A DNA stretch of 63,442 nucleotides, the filler included, from Octopus bimaculoides (Eukaryota), in assembly GCF_001194135.2 (NCBI RefSeq). It is 5 parts of 4 records of this genome, joined end to end, with 100 filler letters (N's around TTAATTAATTAA, not from the genome) between each part and the next. Parts side by side here need not be neighbours in the genome. Positions count along the whole stretch, not along the records: positions 1 to 26,200 come from NC_068988.1; 4 more parts are not named here. The stretch is one strand, 5' to 3'. Of this stretch, positions 1 through 11,058 are shown piece by piece. The stretch's first letter is position 1; every line of letters starts with the position of its first letter. Under the pieces are notes generated by a model. It was not told the origin of the DNA, ran no database searches, and saw nothing but the letters and a program-made list of their open reading frames with translations. The position numbers and the translations under genes are program-made.

Positions 1-38
<38 letters not shown>

Positions 39-167
39 CATGATTTTGTACTGTTACCGTTTACGTCTCACTCAGAGATTTAATACATCTTATATATTTG
101 TTTGTTTGTGTGTGTGTGTGTATGATATTTTGAAGTAATTTATAATATTAATATCTATCAGTATTTA

Positions 168-381
168 GGTGGTGAGGTGGCAGAATCATTAGGACACAGG
201 ACAAAACACTAAGCAACATGTTATCCATCTCTACATACCAAGTTCAAATTCAACCAAAATCATCTCTGTCCTTTATCCTTCCAGGGATGATAAAATAAGT
301 ACCAGTTTAACCCTGGGGTCAATGTAATTGACTTGCCATCTTCCCTAAAATTGCTGGCCTTGTGCCAAAATTTGAGACCAA
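168..381 (+). mobile_element. tRNA-derived SINE, family B (old, CpG-decayed)
   Basis: Head GGTGAGGTGGCAGAATCATTAG, B-box-like AAGTTCAAATTC and body AAATAAGTACCAG...GGGGTCAATGTAATTGACT; homologous to many copies in the window. Confidence 0.75.
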
Positions 382-631
382 TGTTTATGTTTAGGAAATG
401 TGTTTCCAATGTTTTGTGGAAATGACTATAAAGAAAGAATTAAAGATAATGCCACAAATTTGAGTCAGTGACTCAATGTATCCATATTCTTCAACCAATC
501 TGCTTTATCCCTTAAGATCAGCTTGTATGGATATTTTTCTTTCTTAAGATAAACCATCAATAGATATTCGGTTCCATCGCCAATGGAAGCAAAGTGTTTA
601 CCAAGGATTTAGCTTGGCTTTTAATCCTCTT

Positions 632-720
632 TCGTCGTCGTCGTCGTTTAACGTCTGCTTTCCATGCTGGCATGGGTTGGACGATTTGACTGAGGACTGG
701 TGAAACCAGATGGTTACATA
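632..720 (-). mobile_element. 3' end of retroposon family D with (GAC/GAT)n tail
   Basis: CGTCGTTTAACGTCTGCTTTCCATGCTGGCATGGGTTGGACG matches copies at 39.8, 56.7 and 59.7 kb. Confidence 0.75.
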
Positions 721-756
721 TGTGTGTATATATATATGTTGGAAAAAAAGTGTTCA

Positions 757-932
757 GAATTTTGGAAAAAACTTCTTTCATTTATTTTATATTTTCATTT
801 CAATATTAACGCTTTCGTTCATCTTTCGAACTTGTCAAATATAATTATATTTGACAAGTTCGAAAGATGAACAAGAGCGTTAAAATGGGAATGAAAGTAT
901 AAAATAAATGAAAGAAGTTTTTTCCAAAATTC
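757..932. repeat. ~176-bp spacerless palindrome (foldback)
   Basis: Arms GAATTTTGGAAAAAACTTCTTTCATTTATTTTATA...CATCTTTCGAACTTGTCAAATAT mirrored around the centre TATAATTATA. Confidence 0.9.
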
Positions 933-1098
933 TCTCTGACGACTTTTTTATCAATATTTAATTCTGTACATCACACCTAATACTCTACACACACACACAT
1001 ATTGATAGAAAGGACAACAAAAGAAAGAAAGAAACCTCGATATTGTGTAAATAGAGGAACTTATCTGTAAAAATATGTGAAACTTATTCAGTAGCCAT

Positions 1099-1159
1099 GA
1101 TAAAACTCCGAGTTTCGGATGCAAGGTTGGGAGCCCATGCCAACATCTCTTCAGTTATC
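1099..1159 (-). ncRNA. Type I hammerhead ribozyme motif (family 1)
   Basis: Minus strand: GATAA-CTGAAGA-gatg...catc c-GAAA-CTC g GAG-T-T-TTATC. Stem I is 5 bp, triplet GUU, one extra C next to G12. Confidence 0.65.
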
Positions 1160-1182
1160 TGGCCAGGAATTTTCAATGGCTG

Positions 1183-1243
1183 GATTACTGAAGAGATGTT
1201 GGTGTGGGCTCCCACCCCGGCATCCGAAACTCAGAGTTTTATC
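1183..1243 (+). ncRNA. Type I hammerhead ribozyme motif (family 1)
   Basis: GATTA-CTGAAGA(1188-1194)-gatgttgg/ccggcatc stem with inner gtgg/ccac hairpin-GAAA(1226-1229)-CTC a GAG-T-T-TTATC; one stem I mismatch. Confidence 0.6.
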
Positions 1244-1531
1244 ATGGCTACTGAATAAGTGTCACATATTTTTACAGATATATATAATCAAAATAAGCAA
1301 CAGGATATCAAGAAGTGATGCAGTACAACCGTTTCAAATGGCTCCATTTAACTGAACAATGCAATCATTACATCAATTTAAATGCAGAGCTATCAGCAGC
1401 TGCACAAATAAATAGAATCTTTAATCAGTTGGACTCATTAATATAATATTTCTCAAATACTTTAACAGAGCAAAAAGATGGAAGAAATCCTTACATATAT
1501 AAATGTGTGTGTGTATGTATATATGTATATA

Positions 1532-1562
<31 letters not shown>

Positions 1563-2260
1563 TACTGCATACAAAGATATATACAAGCATACATACACAT
1601 AATGGATCCATAGAATCGAGAGTTTGACAGATGGCAGTATCTGTTGTGTTAGATCTTGTCAAACTCCAATTCATGCCACCATGGATAATAGATGTTAAAC
1701 GACGACGATGATGATGATGATGATGATGATATACAGATACAGCAATACATTTTGCTGCACTGTTAATCTGCTCGACTAAACTGCAACTTCTTAAGTAGCA
1801 ACATCATGTTAAATATCTAATACAGCTTAATTAGTAAATGAATTGAAAGTTGATTGCACCTACTTTAAATCATGCTGACACTAATTTCGCTTCGCATATA
1901 CATTCTTCAAATCCAGTCTTGAAGTGTGGAAGCGATTCCTTTCACTTCCACACTTGAAGAGTAACAGCATAACACATATACGACACACATCTATTTGTGA
2001 CCTTTTGGATCAGGTGCCACTGTTTAGTATTGAAGCAGTTTATTAATTACGATGACAATCATGGCAAGAAACCATGAAGTGGTGTCTATCTGACAGGCAG
2101 TTTTATATTTCAAGACATTTTAAATAAAATACACACACACAATGACACTCATACACACACTCATAAATATGTACACACTCAGTATTCTTCATTTCTCCAC
2201 TTAACAAAACTCACATATATGTATGAGAGTGGACTTGCCAGCATAGAAAACAGACATTAA

Positions 2261-2297
<37 letters not shown>

Positions 2298-2310
2298 ATG
2301 TATACCACAC

Positions 2311-2468
2311 AGACATGACTATGTGGTAAGAAGTTTGCTTCCCGACTGCATGGTTCTGGGTCCAGTGCCACTGCATGCCAGCTTAGGAGAAAGTGTCATT
2401 TACTATAACCACAGGCCAACCAATGCCTTGTGAGTAGATTTGCTAGGCAGAAACTGAAAGAAGCATGT

Positions 2469-2504
<36 letters not shown>

Positions 2505-2768
2505 TTTGTGTGTGTGTTCGTGCGTGTGTAAGTATCTTTGTGTCAGTGTTTCTCCCCACCAACAACACCACTTGGTAACTGGTATTTGTGTGTTTACATC
2601 CCCATAACTTAGCAGTTTGTCAAAATAGACTGATAGAATAGATACGAGGTTTTAATAAAGTACTGGGGTCGATTCATTCGACTAAAAATCTCTTCAAGGC
2701 AGTGCCCCAGCATGGCCACAATCTAATAACTGAAACAAGTAAAAGATAAAAAAAAAAGATAAAAGATT
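2311..2768 (+). mobile_element. tRNA-derived SINE, family A (old copy)
   Basis: 5' half, internal (TG)n, 3' half ending GAAACAAGTAAAAGATAAAA. All family CpGs in the 5' half have decayed. Confidence 0.85.
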
Positions 2769-3090
2769 TGCCTATTGATGAATATATAAATAGACAGACA
2801 AACAATATAGACAGACAAATATACACACACATATATACATGTGTGTGTGTGTGTGTAAGTCAGTTGCTCATTAGCCTGTAAAAAGTACAGTCTAAAATAT
2901 CTATGGAGTAGTAATCTTTTATGCAGTTGTTGGCTGTGGTCACTCAGAAAGTTACCATTGCTTTCACGTTTACTCCTGCTTTTAATAATACAGGCGATGG
3001 ATGAGTCAATTATGGGTAAGAGCCAATACACACATGAAACTGATGGTAAATTTCTGACCAGCCAAAACCAATAACACGCATATATACGTA

Positions 3091-3132
<42 letters not shown>

Positions 3133-3633
3133 TGTGTGTGTGTGCATATATGTGCATGTGCGTGTGTATATTTTCCTTTATTTGGAGATTGCAACTCCAT
3201 TACTTCAGTCAGATGTGTATTTTAGTGTTCTCATACATTTTACTAATTTGTTAAATTATGATTTTTCACTCGACATTCTGCTTGTGTGAAACACCTAAGA
3301 TGTACTGCCAAATACNNNNNNNNNNNNNNNNNNNNNNNNNNNNNNNNNNNNNNNNNNNNNNNNNNNNNNNNNNNNNNNNNNNNNNNNNNNNNNNNNNNNN
3401 NNNNNNNNNNNNNNNNNNNNNNNNNNNNNNNNNNNNNNNNNNNNNNNNNNNNNNNNNNNNNNNNNNNNNNNNNNNNNNNNNNNNNNNNNNNNNNNNNNNN
3501 NNNNNNNNNNNNNNNNNNNNNNNNNNNNNNNNNNTATATATATGTGTGCGTGTGTGGGCATATGTGTAAGTTTTATATATATTTATAATAAGGCAAGTGT
3601 ACATTTACACACACTCACACACATGTAAATATA

Positions 3634-5164
3634 CAGTATCTCACAGAAGTAGGTACACCCCTAAAATATTTCTGTAAAATTACCATTATTCTGATAATAT
3701 CAAAGGAAATCAAGGGAAATTTATGCTGACTAAAATATATTATACATGCATACATTATACAAATTTGGAACACAAAACAATAAGCATTTTCAAAGATATC
3801 AATGAAACATTAATTTTCAAATGATACAAAAATATGTACATCCTAAAGGATTATTTGTTATATTCAATATTTGGTGTGACAGCCCTTGCCTTCAATGACT
3901 GCATTAAATCTTCTGGGCATAGAGTCAACTAAATTTTCACATATAACCGATAAAATGGTCCTCCATTCATCCTAAATGATGTCTTTCAACTGTGTTACAT
4001 TGCAAGGTTTTTATCTCCTCAACCTTCCCTTTCAAAACACCCCACAGATGTTCGGTTGGGTTTAAATCAGGTGACATGGAAGGCCAAAGCAATACCTTTT
4101 TGTCTGATAAAAACTTAGTTGCTATCTCTGAAGCGTGTTTAGGGTCATTATCATGTTAGAACATGGAATGTCTTCCTAGTTCCTTGATGCTTTTCAACAT
4201 TGTTTTCTGCAATATGTCACAATAAAGCTTTGAATCCATTGTTCTCTCAATAAATGTGAGTCCTCCCACATTAGCTGCACTCATGCATTCCCAAAGCATA
4301 AAACTTCTGCCAACAGTATACACAGTGCATGTGTCACTATTATTTTCACCTTGCCATCGTCATACTCGTATAATACCTTCTGAACCAAACAAATTGATTT
4401 TAGTTTCGCCAGAAACAAGAATTTTATATCAAAACTCTTTCCCCTTACTCACATATGTTTCAGCAAAAGAAAGATGACTTGATTTATGCCTGGTAGTGAG
4501 GACAGATCCATGAAGACCACACCGGTTCAAACTTCAATGAACTGTTTGGGTGGATACACTCTTTCCACTAACAGATGACACTTCTTGGACCAAAGATGAA
4601 GTGGTAGGATGCCAGTCGTCCAACATGCAACATCATTGGATGTGGTAAATATCATGTGCAGTTAAAATAGAAGGGTGACCTGAACGATGTTTATTCCTTA
4701 GCTGTCCAGTAGCTTTGTACTTCTGAATTACTTTGGCAACTGCATTTACACTAATATATATTCATTTGCTAATTAACTTGCATCCTAAACCATTCTTCTG
4801 AAAATTAAAATTTATTTTCTTTAAATCTTCAGACAATTCTTTTCCTTTTGGTGCCATTTTAATCACTATGAAGGAGATTTTCACCATGGTACACAAATCA
4901 GAATTCCTGCAGATGCAATAACAATGACCGGTGCAAAAATGCCAGGAGAAATAATTTATAAGAATTGAAATTATCAGCAAAATCCGAATTTAGTAAAAAA
5001 AAAAAAAAGTGGATAAAATATTGAATATAGCAAATTTCCTTCAGGGTGTACATATTTTTGTAACTTTTGAAAATTAATATTTCGTTCATATCTTTGAAAA
5101 TGGTTATTGTTTTGTGTTCCAAATTTGTATAATGCGTGAGTGTATATACTTCTGTGAGATACTG
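3634..5164 (-). mobile_element. Tc1-family DNA transposon with long (IR/DR-like) TIRs
   Basis: Ends CAGTATCTCACAGAAGTA in inverted orientation; TA on the left, CA (decayed TA) on the right; inner ~130 bp of the TIRs also match. Confidence 0.92.
3864..4857 (-). pseudogene. Tc1 transposase pseudogene
   Basis: MAPKGKELSEDLKK...SGETKINLFGS...HDNDPKH...WPSMSPDLNPTEHLW...SMPRRFNAVIEGKGCHTKY with stops and frameshifts; D-to-E spacer is 32 aa here, two codons short of DD34E. Confidence 0.92.
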
Positions 5165-5216
5165 CATATACATACATACATATATGTACTAATATTCACA
5201 CATACACACACACCAC

Positions 5217-5255
<39 letters not shown>

Positions 5256-5291
5256 ACAAAGTAAAGTTGTAAGATACCACATGAGTGGAAA

Positions 5292-5627
5292 TATATATGA
5301 AAGGTTTGGAAATGCAATTTTAAAGATGTTTATTCACTTGACTGGGTTCACTTTTTTAGAAAAAGATTGTCAAAAGTAAAATGTAAAGCTTTGTATAAGC
5401 TTTGTTGTGTTAAGTACTGGTTGTCACAAAAGTATTAAAATACATATATATACATTCGTTGATAATAATAAGAAAATGTTTAAAACAGTTTACAAGAGAG
5501 TGACAACCAGTACTTAACACAACAAAGCTTATACAAAGCTTTACAATTTACTTTTGACAATCTTTTTCTAAAAAAGTGAAACCGGTCAAGTGAATAAACA
5601 TCATCACAATTGCATTTTCAAACCTTC

Positions 5628-5637
<10 letters not shown>
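5292..5637. mobile_element. Foldback / MITE-like element
   Basis: ~135-bp arms (5292-5427, 5500-5637) in inverted orientation, ~70-bp spacer, TA-repeat flanks. Confidence 0.8.
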
Positions 5638-5721
<84 letters not shown>

Positions 5722-5916
5722 GCATGTGCAAATATTCAACACACACAAACACATACACACACACACACACTGATATACATATGTGCATGTATGTATGTAT
5801 GAATAAGAGTGGTGTCTTTGTCAATCTACCAAAGTTCCTTGTCATTCTTAACTATAATAAAATTCACTCATTCTGGCATGTGTGAATATCTGTGAGTATG
5901 TGTACATGAATGTGTG

Positions 5917-5951
<35 letters not shown>

Positions 5952-6571
5952 GTGCGCGCACGCGCTCCTTCAGAAGTTCCTAGTGACATATCTTTTCAAT
6001 ATTATACATACGAACATTACCAGCAGGGGTAGGCATGGAGGAATTTATTGGTTTTATAGAGACTCATACTGCTATAAATTTGAACTAAAATATATCTTAA
6101 CTAACTGCAAATTCATTACATTCTCATTGTTCCTCTTTCAGTGGAAATAGCTACAAGTACACTACTTTAGAAATTTCACATTAAAAATTATGTAATATAA
6201 AATTCAGAAAACATCTATTGTAATCACAGTTGAAACAAATGTGTTGAAATATAATGAAAGCAAATCTTAACAAAAAGTATGAAATGAAACAGAGCATCTT
6301 CAATTTCAATATGATATATATAAAACATATAATGACATATAGTAAATGATATGTAATATTTTATGTTTCCATTTTAGTCAATTTCACTCATGAGTGTGAG
6401 TCCTTTATTAGAATATAGCTGGTGTGCTTCAATGAGAGGTTTTCCACTTTGAGCTAAAATCAGATAAATATTATATAAAGCCTTCTTAAAAAAATATGTG
6501 CAAGTCTTTGAACTCCCAACAGTTTCGTTCATGACTGATGATTATGATGTTAGCAATTACTTGAGAGGAAT

Positions 6572-6792
6572 TCTCATTTATTCTTTTTTCTACTCTAGGC
6601 ACAAGGCCCGAAGTTGTTGGGGGGGGGGGAGCCAGGTGATTAGATTGATCCCAGTACACAACTGGTACTTATTTTATCAAACCTGAAAGGATGAAAGGTA
6701 AAGTCACCCTCGGCAGAATCTGAACTCAGAACATAAAGACAGACGAAATACCACTAACTATTTTACCCTGTGTGCTAACGTTTCTGCCAGCT
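6572..6792 (-). mobile_element. SINE family B
   Basis: TTTCTACTCTAGGCACAAGGCCCG...GGATGAAAGG...TGAACTCAGAAC...TTTCTGCCAGCT. Confidence 0.85.
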
Positions 6793-7589
6793 GATTGTCA
6801 TAATCCTCCTCATTCAATGTGGTTGTAACATACAACCTATATTTCAACATCTGAGTAACACTAGTACATTGTATTGGATTAACATCCATCCATTTATCTA
6901 CTTTTACTTACTTTTATAATCCGATTGCTGTTGTAGAGTAGGAGAGAATTGTTTGCTTTGCTAGTGTTCAATTGTTTGATATTCAGCAATGTCAATGATT
7001 ATACTCTGTGGTACATGGATAAATAATTGCTTAACATCTAAGTAAATTATCAGGTATTTGTTGTGATTATTTATACAACATTTATCAATTTCACTGTAGT
7101 GATTATCACACATATTTCATTGCCTTCATACTGATTTACCAAACAGTTTATTTGCCAACCTAAATTACATGCTGCTTATTCTATTTAAGTGAAATATTAG
7201 TCATAAATATTTCTATAATACAATAAATCTATATGTTTTAAATATGTATGTGGATAAGTTAGTTGAATGCTAGTTTATATATCAGTTCAAATGCAATGTG
7301 TTTTACTAAATTATTCCTTAGTCTTTGACAGATGGGATTTTGGCCTTTCTGAAAAGTTACATACTTCAGCATGGCTGCAATCTAATGATTGATACAAGTA
7401 AAAGATAAATGGCAAGTTGTAGACCAGCATGCTATCAAACAGAAATTTCATCTCTTATCTAACACCAGATAAAATGCTTATCTGTCTCATCAACATATTT
7501 CATTCAATTATATTTGTATTTTCTGTTTTTATTATTTACAAGAAAGTCCCAAACAAGGTGAGAAGCTACTTAGTGTAAGGGAATATGAA

Positions 7590-7990
7590 AGAAAAATTCA
7601 GATGAAAGGAATGGATTTCCTCTTGACATGAAAGAGTTCAGGTCATGAGAAGGAGGAAAACGATGAGATGGATGAGAGTTCCAAAGCCTGGCAGTTCAAA
7701 GAAAATACCTACGACTGTAGAAAGTCATCCTTATTCATGAAAGTGACAGCATTCAAATAGTGATATTGTGAGTTTGAGATAGCACAAAGTGATCCAGAGC
7801 TAAAGAAGAAAGTCCTGCCTGTGATAATAGCTATAGAAAAGACTAAGTTTGGAGACATCGATGTGACAAAGATTGAAGACTTGAAAGAAGAGATTCACTT
7901 CTGAATCTCTTCATGGAAATCCAAGAGACAAGATGGTGACTCTGCTCAAGTACGACAATAATCTTCCATACAAGGAATTTACTGTAGACC
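7590..7990 (-). mobile_element. 3' remnant of a CR1/L2-group (Crack-like) LINE
   Basis: Broken-frame translation LQSLSHR...SLFYSYYH...TARLWNSHPSHRFPPSHDLNSFMSR resembles the conserved ORF2 C-terminus LQPLSHRR..SLFYRYY..RTARLWNSLP..YDL..FK.R. Confidence 0.65.
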
Positions 7991-8702
7991 CCAGGACTTA
8001 TATTTGAGGCTAGTAATTATTTTATCGGTATCTTTTGCTGAACTGCTAAGTTACTGGGATGTAAATACACCAACACCAGATGTCAAGTTGTAGTGGGCAA
8101 CAAACACAGACACAAAGAAGCACACACACACACACACACACAGCCAAACAGATATACATATACATATATATATATATTTTTTATTATATGTATTTATTTT
8201 CTCCTAATTAATAAATAACTCGGACAAAATAAATTGGTTAATAGATACCAGGGTAGCAAAGATCACAAAATAACTGTAGTGTAACTCCTGTTTATGAGGT
8301 AGAAACTCCTTGATATTTTGGGTACTTGAGTATATATAGATTTAATGAATGGAGTAAAATGCATATGTTAACTGCATACTTTTATTTCCAACATATGTTT
8401 CGAAGATTACAAATTATACCTTCCATAGGAATCGGCGATGTTAAAAATGTAATCTTCTCTTCAGGGAAATGCATGGGAACCAACTTAAACGTAAGACATT
8501 TTAACGGGCTCATTTCAGTTTCTCTCTACCAAATCCACTCATCACAAGGCTTTGGTTAGCCCAAGGCTTTGGTTAGCCCAAGGCTTTGGTTAGCCCAAGG
8601 CTATAGTAGTACACACTTGCTCAAGGTGCCATGCAATGGGACTGAACCTGGAACCATCTTGTTGGGAAGCAAGTTTCTTACCACACAGACAGGCCTGCAT
8701 CT
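7988..8702 (-). mobile_element. SINE family A interrupted in its central microsatellite by hammerhead-bearing DNA
   Basis: 3' half at ~7988-8120 and 5' half at ~8505-8702, with foreign sequence between them. Confidence 0.7.
8384..8470 (-). ncRNA. Type I hammerhead ribozyme, intact core (family 2)
   Basis: ATTTCC-CTGAAGA-GAAGATTACA[36 nt]TGTAATCTTC-GAAA-CATATG-T-T-GGAAAT. Stem I 6 bp perfect, stem II 10 bp perfect, palindromic stem III AACATATGTT. Confidence 0.85.
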
Positions 8703-8829
8703 ATATAGATGTTAAAATCATTCTCAATGGCAATATTACACATTACCTTCTCGTAAACAATACATGGTTAATACTCTCATATTCCCTATAGCTTCCAAAA
8801 TCTCAGACAATTTTCAGAATTGCTTTTAA

Positions 8830-9030
8830 ATTTTCTCATTAGACTAGCAGGTTTGAGGAAGGGGCGAAGTCAATTAAATCAACCCAAGTGCTCAACTGTT
8901 GCTTATTTTATCAACCCCTGAAAAGATGAAAGGCAATCAACCATGATGGAATTTGAACTACAGACATAAAGTTGGATGAAATGCTGCTAAGCATTTTGCC
9001 TGGCATGCTAATGATTCTGCCAGCTTGCTA
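8830..9030 (-). mobile_element. SINE family B (old, CpG-free)
   Basis: Homologous to 29305-29541 with CpG->TpG/CpA throughout. Confidence 0.75.
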
Positions 9031-9164
9031 CCTTTTAATATTAACTGCATATCTATAACACTTAGAAAATCTTTATCCAAATATTTACGCTATTACTGTG
9101 CTGATTTGTGAGTTACCCACCGAAATATCCAAATATTACTTGAACTACTTTTACTCAATTATTC

Positions 9165-9533
9165 TTTTATTTGTTTCAGTTATTTGACTGTGGCCATGCT
9201 GGAGCACCGCCTTTAGTCGAGCAACTCGACCCCAGGACTTATTCTTTGTAAGCCTAGTACTTATTCTATCACTCTTTTTTGCCAAACCGCTAAGTTACAA
9301 GGTCGTAAACACACCAGCATCAGTTGTCAAGTGATGTTGGGGGAACAAACACAGACACACATACACACATATATACAACAGGTTTCTTTCAGTTTCCATC
9401 TACCAAATCCATTCACAAGGCTTTGGTCGGCTCAAGGCTATAGCAGAAGACATTTGCCCAAAGTGCCATGCAGAGCATCTGAATCCGGAACCATGTGGTT
9501 GGTAAGCAAGTTACTTACCACACAGCCACTCCT
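9165..9533 (-). mobile_element. SINE family A
   Basis: TTGTTTCAGTTATTTGACTGTGGCCATGCTGGAGCACC...TTACCACACAGCCACTCCTG. Confidence 0.85.
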
Positions 9534-10610
9534 GTAGCTGTCTCATAAACTGCAACTCTGAAAGGGGATGTCCAGTTGATTGGCAAATATTTTCTCAACC
9601 AACTCAGTGCTTCCACTCTCAACCATGTCTGCCTGTTTTTCTAAGAGTTTTTCTTTCATTGTGGCTACAATGCATAATGCCTGACTTGAGGCTGTTCAAT
9701 GTACCAGACTTTATTTCTCTCACCATCTTTATTGTGTCTCACCTCAAAACACTGCTTAGTATTTTACATAATTATTCATACACTATACCACACTGTATCT
9801 CATTCTTCCATCTCTCCAGGTTTCTTTTCACCTAAATATAGGGATGTTAAACTCGTCACCAATTGCATGCAGGTGATAGCCACTGCACTCCTTTCTGTTG
9901 TAAAATAATAAAACACACACACACACACACGCACAAAGAGAGAGATAGAGAGACAGACTGACAGCCAGAAAGGGAGACTGGATAAGAGAGAATAATTACA
10001 TATAAAGGTATGTTTCCTGAGATAAATATCTCTATCTTTAAGAACTAACTTTACAGGTTTCAAAATAAACGATTTCTTATCAATAGATACTAACCGTATG
10101 GCTTAAAGCTAAACATGTTGCTTCATGTTGCAGATGTTTGATTGTTAAAAATACATAACGCTTAGTTTTTCTGTTTGTTAAAACCATCACTGCTAAGGTC
10201 AGGATAGAACACTGCTTTGTATTAACATTTTTAAAAAAGTAATTTCTATAAGATTGCATATTATCAAGTATTACACGTTTGCAACATGATCTCTTGTATA
10301 TCCTGCAACAGATACATTATAACATGTAGTAGAATTGCTAGAAATATACAAAATAATATACAAAAGACTATAACTATTGCTGATGCATTAAATAGTCACA
10401 ATGTTGGTAAATGATTTGCACTTGCTTAGATAACCTAAGCACCTGAAATTTTACCTATATGAAGAAATGATTCTTTCTGCTTTAGTTTCAAGTAATACAT
10501 GAACAAAATCGAAAATTAGGGACACAAGAAAGGTTTTGGAATATTGGTTCAGATACTTCACTTCTCATCTTGGTCCAGCTTGCTAAAATATTTTGGAATT
10601 GTTTATTCAC

Positions 10611-10772
10611 CTTTATATTTCCTATTGTAATCCTTGTAAACTATTTCTGTAGGCAATATGTGTTTGAAAGCAGAATAATCGATTGATTTCGATATTATCC
10701 TGTTATTGGAAAGATACTTGTTTTCTTTCCACCAATCACAAAGCCAACATTTAAAGGGGACTAGGAAGTAAC
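10611..10772 (-). CDS. Candidate coding exon, unknown protein
   Basis: 162 bp, CCCCTTTACATAG| acceptor and AAAG|GTGAAT donor, open in phase 1-1: (G)YFLVPFKCWLCDWWKENKYLSNNRIISKSIDYSAFKHILPTEIVYKDYNRKYK. No family recognised. Confidence 0.25.
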
Positions 10773-11058
10773 CTATGTAAAGGGGAATCAATAATTAAAG
10801 TGGCCAAATAGTTACAGCATTGGAGAAAATGCCTTGAGGTTTGGTTCCAACATTCTACACTGTGAATTCAAATTCCATCAAAATCAGCTTTGAGTTACTA
10901 TAAAGTACTAACTGGGGATGGTGGATTACAGTGTTTCATAAAGTGCCTTGTGGCACTTATTTTTTCTTGCTCTGTAAGTGCTCAGGTAGGTGTGACAAAG
11001 TTGTATCTAGCTGACAAGAGGGAGTCTTTAAATAAACTAACCAAATAAACGAACCTTA

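Larger units (their letters stand above)
1000..1280. mobile_element. Inverted pair of probable Penelope-like terminal-repeat fragments
   Basis: ~100-bp arms (1062-~1160 and ~1180-1280) are reverse complements, and each carries a hammerhead core. Penelope assignment is inferred from motif and architecture; no RT/GIY-YIG ORF is present. Confidence 0.65.

Noticed and set aside
680-710. CTGAGGA...GAAA in retroposon family D (also 56.7 and 59.7 kb)
   Set aside because: GAAA sits in the loop of a hairpin rather than after helix II; no helix I/III. Not a hammerhead.
1917-1960. 16-bp hairpin with 12-nt loop
   Set aside because: Short, single, one mismatch; not distinguishable from background in a foldback-rich region.
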